In this document: positions 54,587 to 64,000 of the stretch, one piece after another
How the letters are laid out: each line of letters opens with the position of its first letter
How positions within the stretch are numbered: position 1 is the stretch's first letter
DNA from: Escherichia phage ELT1
Sequence record: MZ892903.1
Length of the DNA: 64,000 bases
Direction: 5' to 3' (one strand)
The notes under the pieces: model-generated
What the model was told of the DNA's origin: nothing
Database searches by the model: none
The model's input: only the letters and a program-made list of their open reading frames with translations
Made by a program: the position numbers and the translations under genes

Positions 54587-55702
54587 ATGGAAAAATTTAT
54601 GGCAGAGTTTGGACAAGGATATGTCCAAACGCCATTTTTATCGGAAAGTAATTCAGTAAGATACAAAATAAGTATAGCGGGTTCTTGCCCGCTTTCTACT
54701 GCAGGACCATACGTTAAATTTCAGGATAATCCTGTTGGAAGTCAAACATTTAGCGCAGGTCTTCATCTAAGAGTTTTTGACCCTTCCACCGGAGCATTAG
54801 TTGATAGTAAGTCATATGCTTTTTCGACTTCAAATGATACTACATCAGCTGCTTTTGTTAGTTTCATGAATTCTTTGGCGAATAATAGACTTGTTGCTAT
54901 ATTAACTAGCGGAAAGGTTAATTTTCCTCCTGAAGTAGTATCTTGGTTAAGAACCGCAGGAACGTCTGCTTTTCCATCTGATTCTTTATTGTCAAGATTT
55001 GACGTATCATATGCTGCCTTTTATACTTCTTCTAAAAGAGCTATTGCATTAGAACATGTTAAACTAAGTAATAGAAAAAGCACAGATGATTATCAAACTA
55101 TTTTAGATGTTGTATTTGACAGTTTAGAGGACGTTGGAGCCACAGGATTTCCTAAAAGAACATACGAAAGCGTTGAGCAATTTATGTCAGCGGTTGGTGG
55201 AACTAATAACGAAATTGCACGTTTACCAACTTCATCCGCGATAAGTAAACTCTCTGATTATAATTTAATTCCTGGCGATGTTCTTTATCTTAAAGCACAG
55301 CTATATGCTGATGCCGATTTACTTGCGCTTGGAACTACAAATATATCTATCCGTTTTTATGATGAATCGAATGGATATATTTCTTCAACACATGCTGAGT
55401 TTACTGGACAAGCTGGGTCATGGGAATTAAAGGAAGATTATGTAGTTGTTCCAGAAAATGCAGTAGGATTTACGATATACGCGCAAAGGACTGCACAAGC
55501 TGGTCAAGGTGGCATGAGGAATTTAAGCTTTTCGGAAGTGTCAAGAAATGGCGGAATTTCAAAACCTGCTGAATTTGGCGTCAATGGTATTCGAGTTAAT
55601 TATATCTGTGAATCTGCTTCACCTCCGGATATAATGGTACTTCCTACGCAAGCATCGTCTAAAGCTGGTAAAGTATTTGGGCAAGAATTTAGAGAAGTAT
55701 AA
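54587..55702 (+). CDS. 35: Long tail fibre hinge protein gp35
   Basis: 371-aa ORF; position and length match T4 gp35. Confidence 0.9.
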   Translation: MEKFMAEFGQGYVQTPFLSESNSVRYKISIAGSCPLSTAGPYVKFQDNPVGSQTFSAGLHLRVFDPSTGALVDSKSYAFSTSNDTTSAAFVSFMNSLANNRLVAILTSGKVNFPPEVVSWLRTAGTSAFPSDSLLSRFDVSYAAFYTSSKRAIALEHVKLSNRKSTDDYQTILDVVFDSLEDVGATGFPKRTYESVEQFMSAVGGTNNEIARLPTSSAISKLSDYNLIPGDVLYLKAQLYADADLLALGTTNISIRFYDESNGYISSTHAEFTGQAGSWELKEDYVVVPENAVGFTIYAQRTAQAGQGGMRNLSFSEVSRNGGISKPAEFGVNGIRVNYICESASPPDIMVLPTQASSKAGKVFGQEFREV

Positions 55703-55707
55703 ATTGA

Positions 55708-55725
55708 GGGAGCCTTCGGGTTCCC
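55708..55725 (+). terminator. Stem-loop gggagcc-ttcg-ggttccc followed by T-run
   Basis: Immediately after gene 35 stop. Confidence 0.5.
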
Positions 55726-55764
55726 TTTTTCTTTATAAATACTATTAAAATAAAGGGGCATACA

Positions 55765-56421
55765 ATGGCTGATTTAAAAGTAGGTTCAACAACTGGAGGC
55801 TCTGTCATTTGGCATCAAGGAAATTTTCCATTGAATCCAGCCGGTGACGATGTACTCTATAAATCATTTAAAATATATTCAGAATATAATAAGCCACAGG
55901 CAACTGATAACGATTTCGTTTCTAAAGCTAATGGCGGTACGTATTTAAATAAAGTAATTTTTAATAAAGGAATGACTGTTCCTGGTGCAGGGTCAGGTGA
56001 CAATGGTATTTTTGCTGGTCCTGGTGATAATGCCACGTATGATACTACAAATATGGATATCGTTTCGTGGTATGGTATTGGTTTTAAATCATCACAAGGA
56101 ACAGCAGGTAGAACTGTAGTAATTAACACGCGAAATGGAGATATTAGCTCAAAGGGCGTAATTGAAGCATCACAAATACGCGCAACTTCATTATCACCAG
56201 TAAATAATTATGACCTTACACGGAAAGATTATGTTGATGGAGCAATAAATATTGTTACAGCAAACGCAAACTCTAGAGTATTACGCTCTGGAGACACTAT
56301 GACGGGAAATTTGACTGCGCCAAACCTTTTTTCACAGAATCCTGCATCTCAACCCTCACATGTTCCACGATTTGATCAAATTGTTATTAAGGATTCTGTT
56401 CAAGATTTCGGCTATTATTAA
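55765..56421 (+). CDS. 36: Long tail fibre distal connector gp36
   Basis: 218-aa ORF; position matches T4 gp36. Confidence 0.9.
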   Translation: MADLKVGSTTGGSVIWHQGNFPLNPAGDDVLYKSFKIYSEYNKPQATDNDFVSKANGGTYLNKVIFNKGMTVPGAGSGDNGIFAGPGDNATYDTTNMDIVSWYGIGFKSSQGTAGRTVVINTRNGDISSKGVIEASQIRATSLSPVNNYDLTRKDYVDGAINIVTANANSRVLRSGDTMTGNLTAPNLFSQNPASQPSHVPRFDQIVIKDSVQDFGYY

Positions 56422-56429
56422 GAGGACTT

Positions 56430-59400
56430 ATGGCTACTTTAAAACAAATACAATTTAAAAGAAGCAAAACTGCAGGAGCACGTCCTGCCGCTTCAGTATT
56501 AGCCGAAGGTGAATTGGCTATAAACTTAAAAGACCGTGTACTTTTTACTAAAGATGACCAAGGAAATATTATTGATCTGGGTTTTGCTAAAGGCGGTAGT
56601 ATTGACGGGAATGTTATTCATACAGGCAATTATAACCAAACTGGCGATTATACTTTAAATGGCGTCTTCACTCAGACTGGTAATTTTAATTTAACTGGTA
56701 TTGCTCGAGTAACTCGCGATATTATTGCCGCCGGGCAGATTATGACTGAAGGCGGAGAACTTATTACAAAAAGTTCAGGTACAGCGCATGTTCGTTTTTT
56801 CGATGGCAATAGTCGCGAACGTGGAATCATTTATGCCCCGGCTAATGATGGTTTAACTACACAAGTACTTAATATCAGGGTTCAAGACTACGCCGCTGGT
56901 AACGAAAGCATTTATGCATTTTCAGGCAGTGGCCTATTTACTTCACCTGAAGTATCAGCATGGAAATCTATTTCGTCTCCACAAATTCTGACCAACAAAG
57001 TCATTACTAATAATAAATCTACGGGTGATTATGACATCTATTCGATGGCAGACAATGTTCCAATATCTGAAAGCACTACTGCTATTAATCGTCTCCGTGT
57101 CATGCGTAATGCAGTCGGTTCTGGCATTTTCCATGAAGTTAAAGATAATGATGGAATAACTTGGTACAGCGGAGATGGGCTAGACGCTTATCTTTGGTCA
57201 TTTACATGGAGCGGCGGAATTAAATCGAGTCACTCAATTTCTATCGGTTTAACACCTGGCAATAAAGATTATTCAATACTAGGACCATCTAGTATTGCTT
57301 TAGGGGATAATGATACTGGATTTAAATGGCACCAGGATGGATATTATTTCAGCGTCAATAATGGAACGAAAACATTTTTATTTAGCCCTAGCGAAACAAC
57401 TAGCCTAAGAAAATTTGTAGCTGGATATTCTACCAATGGAACCGATTTAACTACTCCTCCTACTGAAAATTATGCTCTCGCTACTGTTGTTACATATCAT
57501 GATAATAACGCGTTTGGAGATGGTCAGACTCTTTTAGGATATTATCAAGGCGGTAGATATCATCATTATTTTCGTGGAAGAGGAACAACTAATATTAATA
57601 CCGCTGGAGGATTATTAGTTACTCCTGGTAATATTGATGTTATTGGTGGTTCTGTTAATATCGATGGTAGAAATAATGCTTCTACATTGATGTTTAAAGG
57701 TAACACAACTGGTAGTAGTTCAGTTGATAATATGACAATTTCCGTGTGGGGTAATACGTTTATTAATCCTAGCGAAGGCACCCGTAAAAACGTAATGGAA
57801 ATATCTGATGCTACTAGCTGGATGCAATATATTCAACGAACAACTGCTGGTAAAGTCGAATCGGTTCTAAATGGCACCCAGATTGTTAATGAAAACTTGA
57901 CAGTAGTAAAAAATGCTACATTTGACGGTACAATCAGCGCAGCCGGTGAAATCGCGACAAATGCTGTAAATGGTCTTCGTATTTGGAACAATGATTACGG
58001 TGCCATTTTTAGACGTTCAGAAGGAAGTCTTCATATTATTCCTACAGCATTTGGCGAAGGACAGAATGGTGATATCGGCCCACTTCGTCCATTTAGTATA
58101 TCTTTAGATACAGGTAAGGTTGTTATTCCTGACTTGGATTTGAGTTATGCTTCTTTTGCAGCAAATGGCTATATTAAATTTGCTGGTCATGGAGCTGGGG
58201 CTGGAGGTTATGCCGTTCAATATGCTCAAGCGGCTCCTATTTTCCAGGAAATTGATGATGATGCTGTAAGCAAATATTATCCTATTGTTAAACAGAAATT
58301 CTTAAACGGTAAAGCAGTTTGGTCTTTAGGTACTGAAATTAATTCTGGTACATTCGTTATTCATCATCTGAAAGAAGATGGTTCACAAGGCCATACGTCT
58401 CGTTTTAATCAAGACGGTACTGTTAACTTCCCAGATAACGTTTCTGTCGGCGGCGGCGAAGCTACTATTGCTCGCAATGGTAACATCTGGTCTGATATCT
58501 GGAAACCGTTTACTTCAGCAGGCGACGTAACTAATATTCGCGATGCTATTGCGACTCGTGTTTCGAAAGAAGGCGATACAATGACAGGCCGTTTAACTCT
58601 TAATGCCAACTCGGATGTTATTGTTATTAATAGTGCTGCAAGCGAATCCGGTTATATGAAAGGACAAAAAGCAGGCGTTGATAACTGGTATGTTGGTAAC
58701 GGCGGCACCGATAATACTATATCATTTTACAGTTTCCAAACTAACAGCGGTATTAACATTAATGATGTCGGAGAAATTGCTTTATCTCCTCAAGGGTCTG
58801 CTACTTTTAATTTTAATAGGGATCGTCTTTATATAAATGGAGCATACTGGACTGCGCACCAAGCTGGCGATTGGAGAAGTCAATGGCGTCAAGAAGCTCC
58901 GATATTTGTAGATTTTGGCTACGTAGGTAATGATAGTTATTATCCAATTATCAAAGGAAAATCTGTCATTACTAACGAAGGATACGTATCTGGTGTTGAT
59001 TTCGGTATGCGACGCAGTGCGAATAACTGGGCGCAAGGTATTATTCGTGTAGGTAACCAGGAAAATGGTTCTGACCCACAAGCTATCTTCGAATTCCACC
59101 ATAATGGAAACATGTACGTTCCTGACATGGTTAAAGCTGGAGTAAGATTATCAGCTGGTGGAGGTGACCCTGCATGGACAGGCGCATGTGTTGTTATTGG
59201 TGATAATGATACCGGATTAGTTCATGGTGGTGATGGCCGAATCAATATGGTTGCCAATGGTGTGCATATTGCATCTTGGTCCGACTCTTACCATATCCAT
59301 GAAGGTCTTTGGGATACACATGGTGCTTTGTGGACTGAAACAGGAAAAGCTATTATTTCTTTTGGTCATTTAGTCCAACAAAACGATAGCTATTCAACAT

Positions 59401-59759
59401 TTGTTCGTGACGTTTATGTTCGTTCTGATATCCGTGTTAAAAAAGACCTTGTTAAATTTGAAAATGCTTCACAAACACTTTCAAAAATTAACGGTTACAC
59501 TTATATGCAGAAACGTGGCCTGGATGAAGAAGGTAATCAGAAATGGGAACCTAATGCCGGTTTAATTGCTCAAGAAGTTCAAGCTATTTTGCCTGAATTA
59601 GTTGAAGGTGACCCGGATGGTGAAGCTTTACTTCGTTTGAACTATAACGGTGTAATTGGTTTAAATACAGCTGCAATCAATGAGCATACTGCAGAAATTG
59701 CAGAACTTAAATCAGAAATCGAAGAACTTAAAGCATTAGTTAAATCGTTGTTAAAATAA
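56430..59759 (+). CDS. 37: Long tail fibre distal subunit gp37 (T2-type, with C-terminal intramolecular chaperone domain)
   Basis: 1109-aa ORF; N-terminus conserved with gp37; C-terminal about 111 aa begins SDIRVKKDL, typical of self-cleaving chaperone domains. Confidence 0.9.
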   Translation: MATLKQIQFKRSKTAGARPAASVLAEGELAINLKDRVLFTKDDQGNIIDLGFAKGGSIDGNVIHTGNYNQTGDYTLNGVFTQTGNFNLTGIARVTRDIIAAGQIMTEGGELITKSSGTAHVRFFDGNSRERGIIYAPANDGLTTQVLNIRVQDYAAGNESIYAFSGSGLFTSPEVSAWKSISSPQILTNKVITNNKSTGDYDIYSMADNVPISESTTAINRLRVMRNAVGSGIFHEVKDNDGITWYSGDGLDAYLWSFTWSGGIKSSHSISIGLTPGNKDYSILGPSSIALGDNDTGFKWHQDGYYFSVNNGTKTFLFSPSETTSLRKFVAGYSTNGTDLTTPPTENYALATVVTYHDNNAFGDGQTLLGYYQGGRYHHYFRGRGTTNINTAGGLLVTPGNIDVIGGSVNIDGRNNASTLMFKGNTTGSSSVDNMTISVWGNTFINPSEGTRKNVMEISDATSWMQYIQRTTAGKVESVLNGTQIVNENLTVVKNATFDGTISAAGEIATNAVNGLRIWNNDYGAIFRRSEGSLHIIPTAFGEGQNGDIGPLRPFSISLDTGKVVIPDLDLSYASFAANGYIKFAGHGAGAGGYAVQYAQAAPIFQEIDDDAVSKYYPIVKQKFLNGKAVWSLGTEINSGTFVIHHLKEDGSQGHTSRFNQDGTVNFPDNVSVGGGEATIARNGNIWSDIWKPFTSAGDVTNIRDAIATRVSKEGDTMTGRLTLNANSDVIVINSAASESGYMKGQKAGVDNWYVGNGGTDNTISFYSFQTNSGININDVGEIALSPQGSATFNFNRDRLYINGAYWTAHQAGDWRSQWRQEAPIFVDFGYVGNDSYYPIIKGKSVITNEGYVSGVDFGMRRSANNWAQGIIRVGNQENGSDPQAIFEFHHNGNMYVPDMVKAGVRLSAGGGDPAWTGACVVIGDNDTGLVHGGDGRINMVANGVHIASWSDSYHIHEGLWDTHGALWTETGKAIISFGHLVQQNDSYSTFVRDVYVRSDIRVKKDLVKFENASQTLSKINGYTYMQKRGLDEEGNQKWEPNAGLIAQEVQAILPELVEGDPDGEALLRLNYNGVIGLNTAAINEHTAEIAELKSEIEELKALVKSLLK
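59424..59756 (+). other. Predicted intramolecular chaperone (peptidase S74-like) domain of gp37, released by autocleavage before the Ser of SDIRVKK
   Basis: Motif R|SD(I)R(V)KK plus coiled-coil C-terminus resembling endosialidase / T5 L-shaped fibre chaperone domains. Confidence 0.6.
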
Positions 59760-59762
59760 TAA

Positions 59763-59778
59763 GAGGGGCTTCGGCCCC
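59763..59778 (+). terminator. Stem-loop aggggc-ttcg-gcccct
   Basis: Immediately after gene 37 stop. Confidence 0.45.
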
Positions 59779-59790
59779 TTGGAGGTTTAT

Positions 59791-60585
59791 ATGGCAGTAA
59801 CAGGACCGTGGGTAGGATCGTCTGCAGTAGTTAATACAGGACAAAATTGGATGGGTGGCGCGGCCCAACGATTAAGAATGGGCATTCCGTTCTGGATGAG
59901 TAATATGATAGGTCGATCTGTTGAAGTAATTCATACACTTGGAGCAGACCATAACTTTAATGGTCAATGGTTCCGAGATAGATGTTTTGAGGCAGGTAGT
60001 GCACCTATAGTGTTTAATATCACAGGAAATTTGGTATCATATTCTAGAGATGTTCCTTTATTCTTCATGTATGGAGATACACCAAATGAATATGTTCAGT
60101 TGAATATTAGCGGTGGAGCTCATATGTGGGGCAGAGGTGGACAAGGTGGATGGACTCATTCTGGTGGAGATGGTAATGGTCAACAGGGTGGACATTGTAT
60201 TCAAAATGACATTGGTGGTCGATTAAGAATTAATAATGGTGGAGTAATTTGTGGCGGTGGTGGCGGTGGTGGCGGTATCGCTTATCGTCCTCACTCTGGC
60301 GCAAGGTGGCAAGATATTGGTGGCGGTGGAGGAAGACCATTTGGCCCAGGAGGAGGCGGAGGTTATTCCGGTGGCGCAGCTTCTTATGATGGCCCAGGAG
60401 GTGGTTATAATTATGGTAATGCTCACTCTGGCCAGGGTGGTGATGCTGGCGCAAATGGACAAAATGCCTGGCATGATGGCGGTAAAGTTCTAAAAGTTGG
60501 AGCTGGTGGCGCTGCCGGATATGCTGTTATAGGATCAGCTCCAACATGGCAAAATGTTGGAGCAATATATGGTCCAAGAGTATAA
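59791..60585 (+). CDS. 38: gp38 receptor-recognising adhesin (T2/T6-type, glycine-rich motifs)
   Basis: 264 aa from ATG at 59791 with GGAGG ribosome-binding site; conserved N-terminal gp37-attachment region followed by poly-Gly motifs separating variable segments. Confidence 0.85.
   Translation: MAVTGPWVGSSAVVNTGQNWMGGAAQRLRMGIPFWMSNMIGRSVEVIHTLGADHNFNGQWFRDRCFEAGSAPIVFNITGNLVSYSRDVPLFFMYGDTPNEYVQLNISGGAHMWGRGGQGGWTHSGGDGNGQQGGHCIQNDIGGRLRINNGGVICGGGGGGGGIAYRPHSGARWQDIGGGGGRPFGPGGGGGYSGGAASYDGPGGGYNYGNAHSGQGGDAGANGQNAWHDGGKVLKVGAGGAAGYAVIGSAPTWQNVGAIYGPRV
60254..60277 (+). repeat. GGY-codon microsatellite (ggcggtggt)n inside gene 38
   Basis: 24 bp of perfect GGC/GGT triplet repeats encoding GGGGGGGG. 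Confidence 0.8.
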
Positions 60586-60615
60586 TTTGAATAAATATCC
60601 TTAAAAGGAGGGTCT

Positions 60616-61272
60616 ATGGCAGCACCTAGAATATCATTTTCGCCCTCTGATATTCTGTTGGGTGTTCTAGATCGCTTGTTCAAAGATAACGCTACCGGGA
60701 AGGTTCTTGCTTCCCGAGTAGCTGTCGTAATTCTTTTATTTATGATGGCGATTGTTTGGTATAGGGGAGATAGTTTCTTTGAGTACTATAAGCAATCAAA
60801 GTATGAAACATACAGTGAAATTATTGAAAAGGAAAGAAATGCACGCTTTGAATCTGTCGCCCTGGAACAACTCCAGATAGTTCATATATCATCTGAGGCA
60901 GACTTTAGTGCGGTGTATTCTTTCCGCCCTAAAAACTTAAACTATTTTGTTGATATTATAGCATACGAAGGAAAATTACCTTCAACAATAAATGAAAAAT
61001 CACTTGGAGGATATCCTGTTGATAAAACTATGGATGAATATACAGTTCATTTAAATGGACGTCATTATTATTCCGACTCAAAATTTGCTTTTTTACCAAC
61101 TAAAAAGCCTACTCCAGAAATAAACTACATGTACAGTTGTCCATATTTTAATTTGGATAATATCTATGCTGGAACAATAACCATGTACTGGTATAGAAAT
61201 GATCATATAAGTAATGACCGCCTTGAATCAATATGTGCACAGGCGGCCAGAATATTAGGAAGGGCTAAATAA
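60616..61272 (+). CDS. t: Holin T
   Basis: 218-aa ORF; N-terminal TM segment and large periplasmic domain; matches T4 holin as recalled. Confidence 0.93.
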   Translation: MAAPRISFSPSDILLGVLDRLFKDNATGKVLASRVAVVILLFMMAIVWYRGDSFFEYYKQSKYETYSEIIEKERNARFESVALEQLQIVHISSEADFSAVYSFRPKNLNYFVDIIAYEGKLPSTINEKSLGGYPVDKTMDEYTVHLNGRHYYSDSKFAFLPTKKPTPEINYMYSCPYFNLDNIYAGTITMYWYRNDHISNDRLESICAQAARILGRAK

Positions 61273-61545
61273 TTATTTGTTCGTATACATCTCTAGATAT
61301 CGATATACACCCTCAAAACCCTCGTTGAATTCGTCGATGAGGGTTTTCTTATCTTCTTGAGTTAATTCAGAAACAATTTTACGGAATGAATTCTGATTTA
61401 ACTTTCTACCTTCATATGTTACTCCAATCTCATTCAGAAATGCAATAAAATTAGCACGATTCTCAACAATATCTTCTCTGGAAAATTTAATCAAAATAGA
61501 CGCAACAGTAATAATTTCACGAACTGTATCAATATTTTTATTCAT
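61273..61545 (-). CDS. asiA: AsiA anti-sigma-70 factor
   Basis: 90-aa ORF; MNKNIDTVREIITVASILIKFSREDIVENRANFIAFLNEIG matches T4 AsiA as recalled. Confidence 0.93.
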   Translation of the reverse strand: MNKNIDTVREIITVASILIKFSREDIVENRANFIAFLNEIGVTYEGRKLNQNSFRKIVSELTQEDKKTLIDEFNEGFEGVYRYLEMYTNK

Positions 61546-61557
61546 TAACTATACCAC

Positions 61558-61710
61558 TCAATTAGTTGACTTTGTTATAATATCATCAGACGCTTGATTT
61601 GTAAACTGGTCTGTGTTATTTTCTTCAAAAATTTTTTCTACGAATTCCTTGAACGATTCACGTTCCTGAGCTACATTATGCTCGATTACCATTTCAAGAT
61701 TATGACTCAT
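61558..61710 (-). CDS. Small acidic hypothetical protein, 50 aa (not in ORF track)
   Basis: Hand-translated: MSHNLEMVIEHNVAQERESFKEFVEKIFEENNTDQFTNQASDDIITKSTN; ATG overlaps stop of upstream gene (ATGA); region also contains an early-promoter-like GTTTAC-18-TATTAT for asiA. Confidence 0.4.
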   Translation of the reverse strand: MSHNLEMVIEHNVAQERESFKEFVEKIFEENNTDQFTNQASDDIITKSTN

Positions 61711-61985
61711 TCGAAATAATCTTCAATTTCGTAATCATGGACATAAAACATTATAGTTTTTAATACATCATCAATACTTTTTCCTGGAGCTGGAATTACG
61801 TAAAAATATCCCGCCTTTGAGTTATCTTTATAAGTTCCAACCAAGAAATCATTATTCTCAAGATGTAGTTCTTCAACTAATTCATTAACAATTGAATGGT
61901 ATAGGTTTGGTAGAAACTTATATAGCTTTTCTAGAATGTCAATTTTGATTGTATATTGAACCACAGATTGAGAATCAATAATCAT
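61707..61985 (-). CDS. arn: Arn-like anti-restriction protein (92 aa, acidic)
   Basis: 92-aa ORF in the position between asiA and motA; assignment by length and position, moderate. Confidence 0.6.
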   Translation of the reverse strand: MIIDSQSVVQYTIKIDILEKLYKFLPNLYHSIVNELVEELHLENNDFLVGTYKDNSKAGYFYVIPAPGKSIDDVLKTIMFYVHDYEIEDYFE

Positions 61986-62094
61986 AGACCTTCCCCTTAT
62001 GTTTCTGTTTGCGATTAGATTCTTTAAACGCTTTCTTCTTATCTTTATGAACAGAAGCTTTATTAAAATTATGTTTTGCTACTAAATTGTTCAT
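61975..62094 (-). CDS. Small highly basic hypothetical protein, 39 aa (not in ORF track)
   Basis: Hand-translated: MNNLVAKHNFNKASVHKDKKKAFKESNRKQKHKGKVYDY; stop overlaps arn start (ATGATTATTGA). Confidence 0.35.
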   Translation of the reverse strand: MNNLVAKHNFNKASVHKDKKKAFKESNRKQKHKGKVYDY

Positions 62095-62287
62095 AGTGCT
62101 GAATTACCTCTCTTAAACATTTGCATGTGAATGAAAACTTTTTAGCTACACCACATTCAAATATATGTTCTCTTAAATCACGTGTATCAGTATATCCCAT
62201 CTCAACGATAAAATGCCGTATTAGATTTTTATCTTTATCATTGAGAGAATTAAAATAATCGGATTTTGAATTAATTTCCCTGGCCAA
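62069..62287 (-). CDS. Hypothetical protein
   Basis: 72-aa ORF. Confidence 0.5.
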   Translation of the reverse strand: MAREINSKSDYFNSLNDKDKNLIRHFIVEMGYTDTRDLREHIFECGVAKKFSFTCKCLREVIQHYEQFSSKT

Positions 62288-62567
62288 ATTGAATCACCTT
62301 CAGTTGACGTTTTAGTTCTTTTATCATTTCTTCGTTCATCGCAATATAAAGATCGCGTAAAGCAGGTTTTATCATTCCATTTATTGGGGAACTAAATGGA
62401 CATACATAATCTTTTCCTACGAGCTTTTTAGTTAATTCCATATCACAAAACTGAAATGCAGGTTCATTAGCATAAATTCCCCAATTAGTTGACATCATTT
62501 TATTGGCATATTCCAATGCCTGGATTTGATTCATAATTCCATCAATTTGAAATTTTTTAATATTCAT
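62271..62567 (-). CDS. Hypothetical protein
   Basis: 98-aa ORF. Confidence 0.5.
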   Translation of the reverse strand: MNIKKFQIDGIMNQIQALEYANKMMSTNWGIYANEPAFQFCDMELTKKLVGKDYVCPFSSPINGMIKPALRDLYIAMNEEMIKELKRQLKVIQFGQGN

Positions 62568-63028
62568 TAGTAAAGGTCCTCAGAGTAAAGTTCTTTTTCA
62601 CTACCGCCGCGTTCAATACGTACTTGTCCAGCGTAAGTTGCAATAATCATTGCTTCTTCACGTGTCCAATAATTACTATATTGGTCAATAAACCCTTGGT
62701 CATCATCACAAACTTGCTGAGTAACTAATTGGGGTTTAACTACATCTAAAACTTCGGCCATATCTTTAGAATAATGACGAGCACCCGGAATAATAAGAGT
62801 TCGTCCATCTTTTAATTTAAAACGGTTGGCTGCGCAAACAATCCGTCGTTGGTACTTTTGGTTTTCATCCCAGTATGCGGTCTGCCAACAGATTTCAGGA
62901 ACTTCTTTCAGAATATCTTCTTCTGTACATTTATAACCATGTGCTTTAAATTTTTGAACAAGACTTTCTGGAGTCTCACGAGATAAAGGAACATTCAGCA
63001 TTTTTAAACGATTAATAAATGGGTTCAT
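62567..63028 (-). CDS. Hypothetical protein
   Basis: 153-aa ORF. Confidence 0.55.
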   Translation of the reverse strand: MNPFINRLKMLNVPLSRETPESLVQKFKAHGYKCTEEDILKEVPEICWQTAYWDENQKYQRRIVCAANRFKLKDGRTLIIPGARHYSKDMAEVLDVVKPQLVTQQVCDDDQGFIDQYSNYWTREEAMIIATYAGQVRIERGGSEKELYSEDLY

Positions 63029-63354
63029 TTAAACCATCCTTTAATACGTTGCCACAAAGTTTTCTGCTGAGTTTTGTTAACACCAATTGAACGAATAACT
63101 GGTTGAGATTCCTGGAATTCTTTATAATCAGCAAGGTAAATTTCGTAAGCTGCATCCGTAAATGAACTTATCGCCGCCATAAAATTATTGCGAATACCTA
63201 CTGGAGCATCTTTACTTTCACGAATAATCATGTATTTACCAGTCTTAATCTTTACGATAGTTCCAAGATAAGCTCCATGATACCAGATATCCCACCCCTC
63301 TTGAGTGGGTTCTGCACAACGACGAAGTTCATTAACAATTTCTAACTTGTTCAT
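63025..63354 (-). CDS. Hypothetical protein (motA.1 position)
   Basis: 109-aa ORF. Confidence 0.5.
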   Translation of the reverse strand: MNKLEIVNELRRCAEPTQEGWDIWYHGAYLGTIVKIKTGKYMIIRESKDAPVGIRNNFMAAISSFTDAAYEIYLADYKEFQESQPVIRSIGVNKTQQKTLWQRIKGWFK

Positions 63355-63364
63355 TATTTATTCC

Positions 63365-64000
63365 TCACAGTTCAGATGCTACGGTGATTACTGCTTCAAT
63401 GTTTTCTGCCGAGCGTTTAATGTCAAGATACACATTGCCGTTTTTAGCGATTTTACATGACATTCCAATATCAGTAAATTTCTGAATATGGTGTTCCATC
63501 ATTTTGTATCCAAAAATTCGCATATTTCCATTGTTGTTAATTTCAAAATTACGAATTCCGTGAGTGCGTTTTTCTAAAATAGCGAGATAGTTACTGCGGT
63601 AAGTTTCAACCTTTTTAAGAACAAATCCATTTTCATCTAAAAGTTTTAACATGAAGTCTTTATCTTCTTCCATATCAGAAGTAATTTCGCGAGCTTTACG
63701 AGTTGCTCGTTTTTTCAGCAGTTCCGGAGCGTTTTCCTGTGCGTATAAAGTTGCTGCATTTGAAATAATATCCTGAGCTTCACCAGTAATGATTAATCCA
63801 TCACCAGATTTCTCCACCAGGCCTTTTTTAATCAATACCCCAATATTACTATTAACTACTGCATTACCTAAATCTGGATGCACCTCACGAACTTCTGCGG
63901 CTGTAATGAAATCTTTCTTAGCAATGGTAATTAAAATCGCAGCAGTTTTTTCATTCAGAACATCGTTAGAAGCTTTGATGATGTAAGTTACTTTAGACAT
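63365..64000 (-). CDS. motA: MotA middle-transcription activator
   Basis: 211-aa ORF, complete, ATG at the last 3 nt of the window; MSKVTYIIKASNDVLNEKTAAILITIAKKDF matches T4 MotA as recalled. Confidence 0.93.
   Translation of the reverse strand: MSKVTYIIKASNDVLNEKTAAILITIAKKDFITAAEVREVHPDLGNAVVNSNIGVLIKKGLVEKSGDGLIITGEAQDIISNAATLYAQENAPELLKKRATRKAREITSDMEEDKDFMLKLLDENGFVLKKVETYRSNYLAILEKRTHGIRNFEINNNGNMRIFGYKMMEHHIQKFTDIGMSCKIAKNGNVYLDIKRSAENIEAVITVASEL

Noticed and set aside
60223-60493. Three overlapping ORFs (His-rich, Thr/Ala-rich) in alternative frames inside gene 38
   Set aside because: Products of reading the GGN-repeat region of the adhesin gene in other frames or on the opposite strand; no independent support.

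Overview
This window is a contiguous segment of a T4-like (T-even, Tequatrovirus-type) myovirus genome, identified by recall of T4 protein sequences and gene order; no database search was run. From start to end it carries the end of the tail sheath gene 18, tail tube 19, the head module 20-67-68-21-22-23-24, rnlB, hoc, inh, segE, uvsW and uvsY, baseplate genes 25-26-51-27-28-29-48-54, alt, DNA ligase 30 with its small-ORF cluster, rIII, 31, cd, pseT, a spanin pair, alc, rnlA, denA, nrdB (group I intron with a full-length HNH endonuclease ORF), a mobE-like HNH gene, nrdA, td (1016-bp group I intron with I-TevI), frd, 32, 59, 33, dsbA, rnh, tail-fibre genes 34-35-36-37-38, holin t, asiA, an arn-region ORF cluster and motA. 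No tRNA, rRNA or CRISPR array was seen. Compared with T4 as I remember it, this genome lacks a homing endonuclease gene between 23 and 24, has a T2/T6-type fibre tip (gp37 with a C-terminal chaperone domain plus a glycine-rich gp38 adhesin), and has a 68-codon ORF inserted exactly where frd and td overlap in T4. Other points worth a second look are a 54-bp early-promoter cassette present twice 13.8 kb apart, a decayed duplicate of the alt 5' end, a small Cys/His-motif gene split across two frames next to a 19-bp direct repeat, and an unusually long 245-bp spacer downstream of rIII. Hypothetical ORFs use the coordinates of the supplied ORF track (stop codon included); starts were adjusted only where a known T4 N-terminus or a clear ribosome-binding site supported it.
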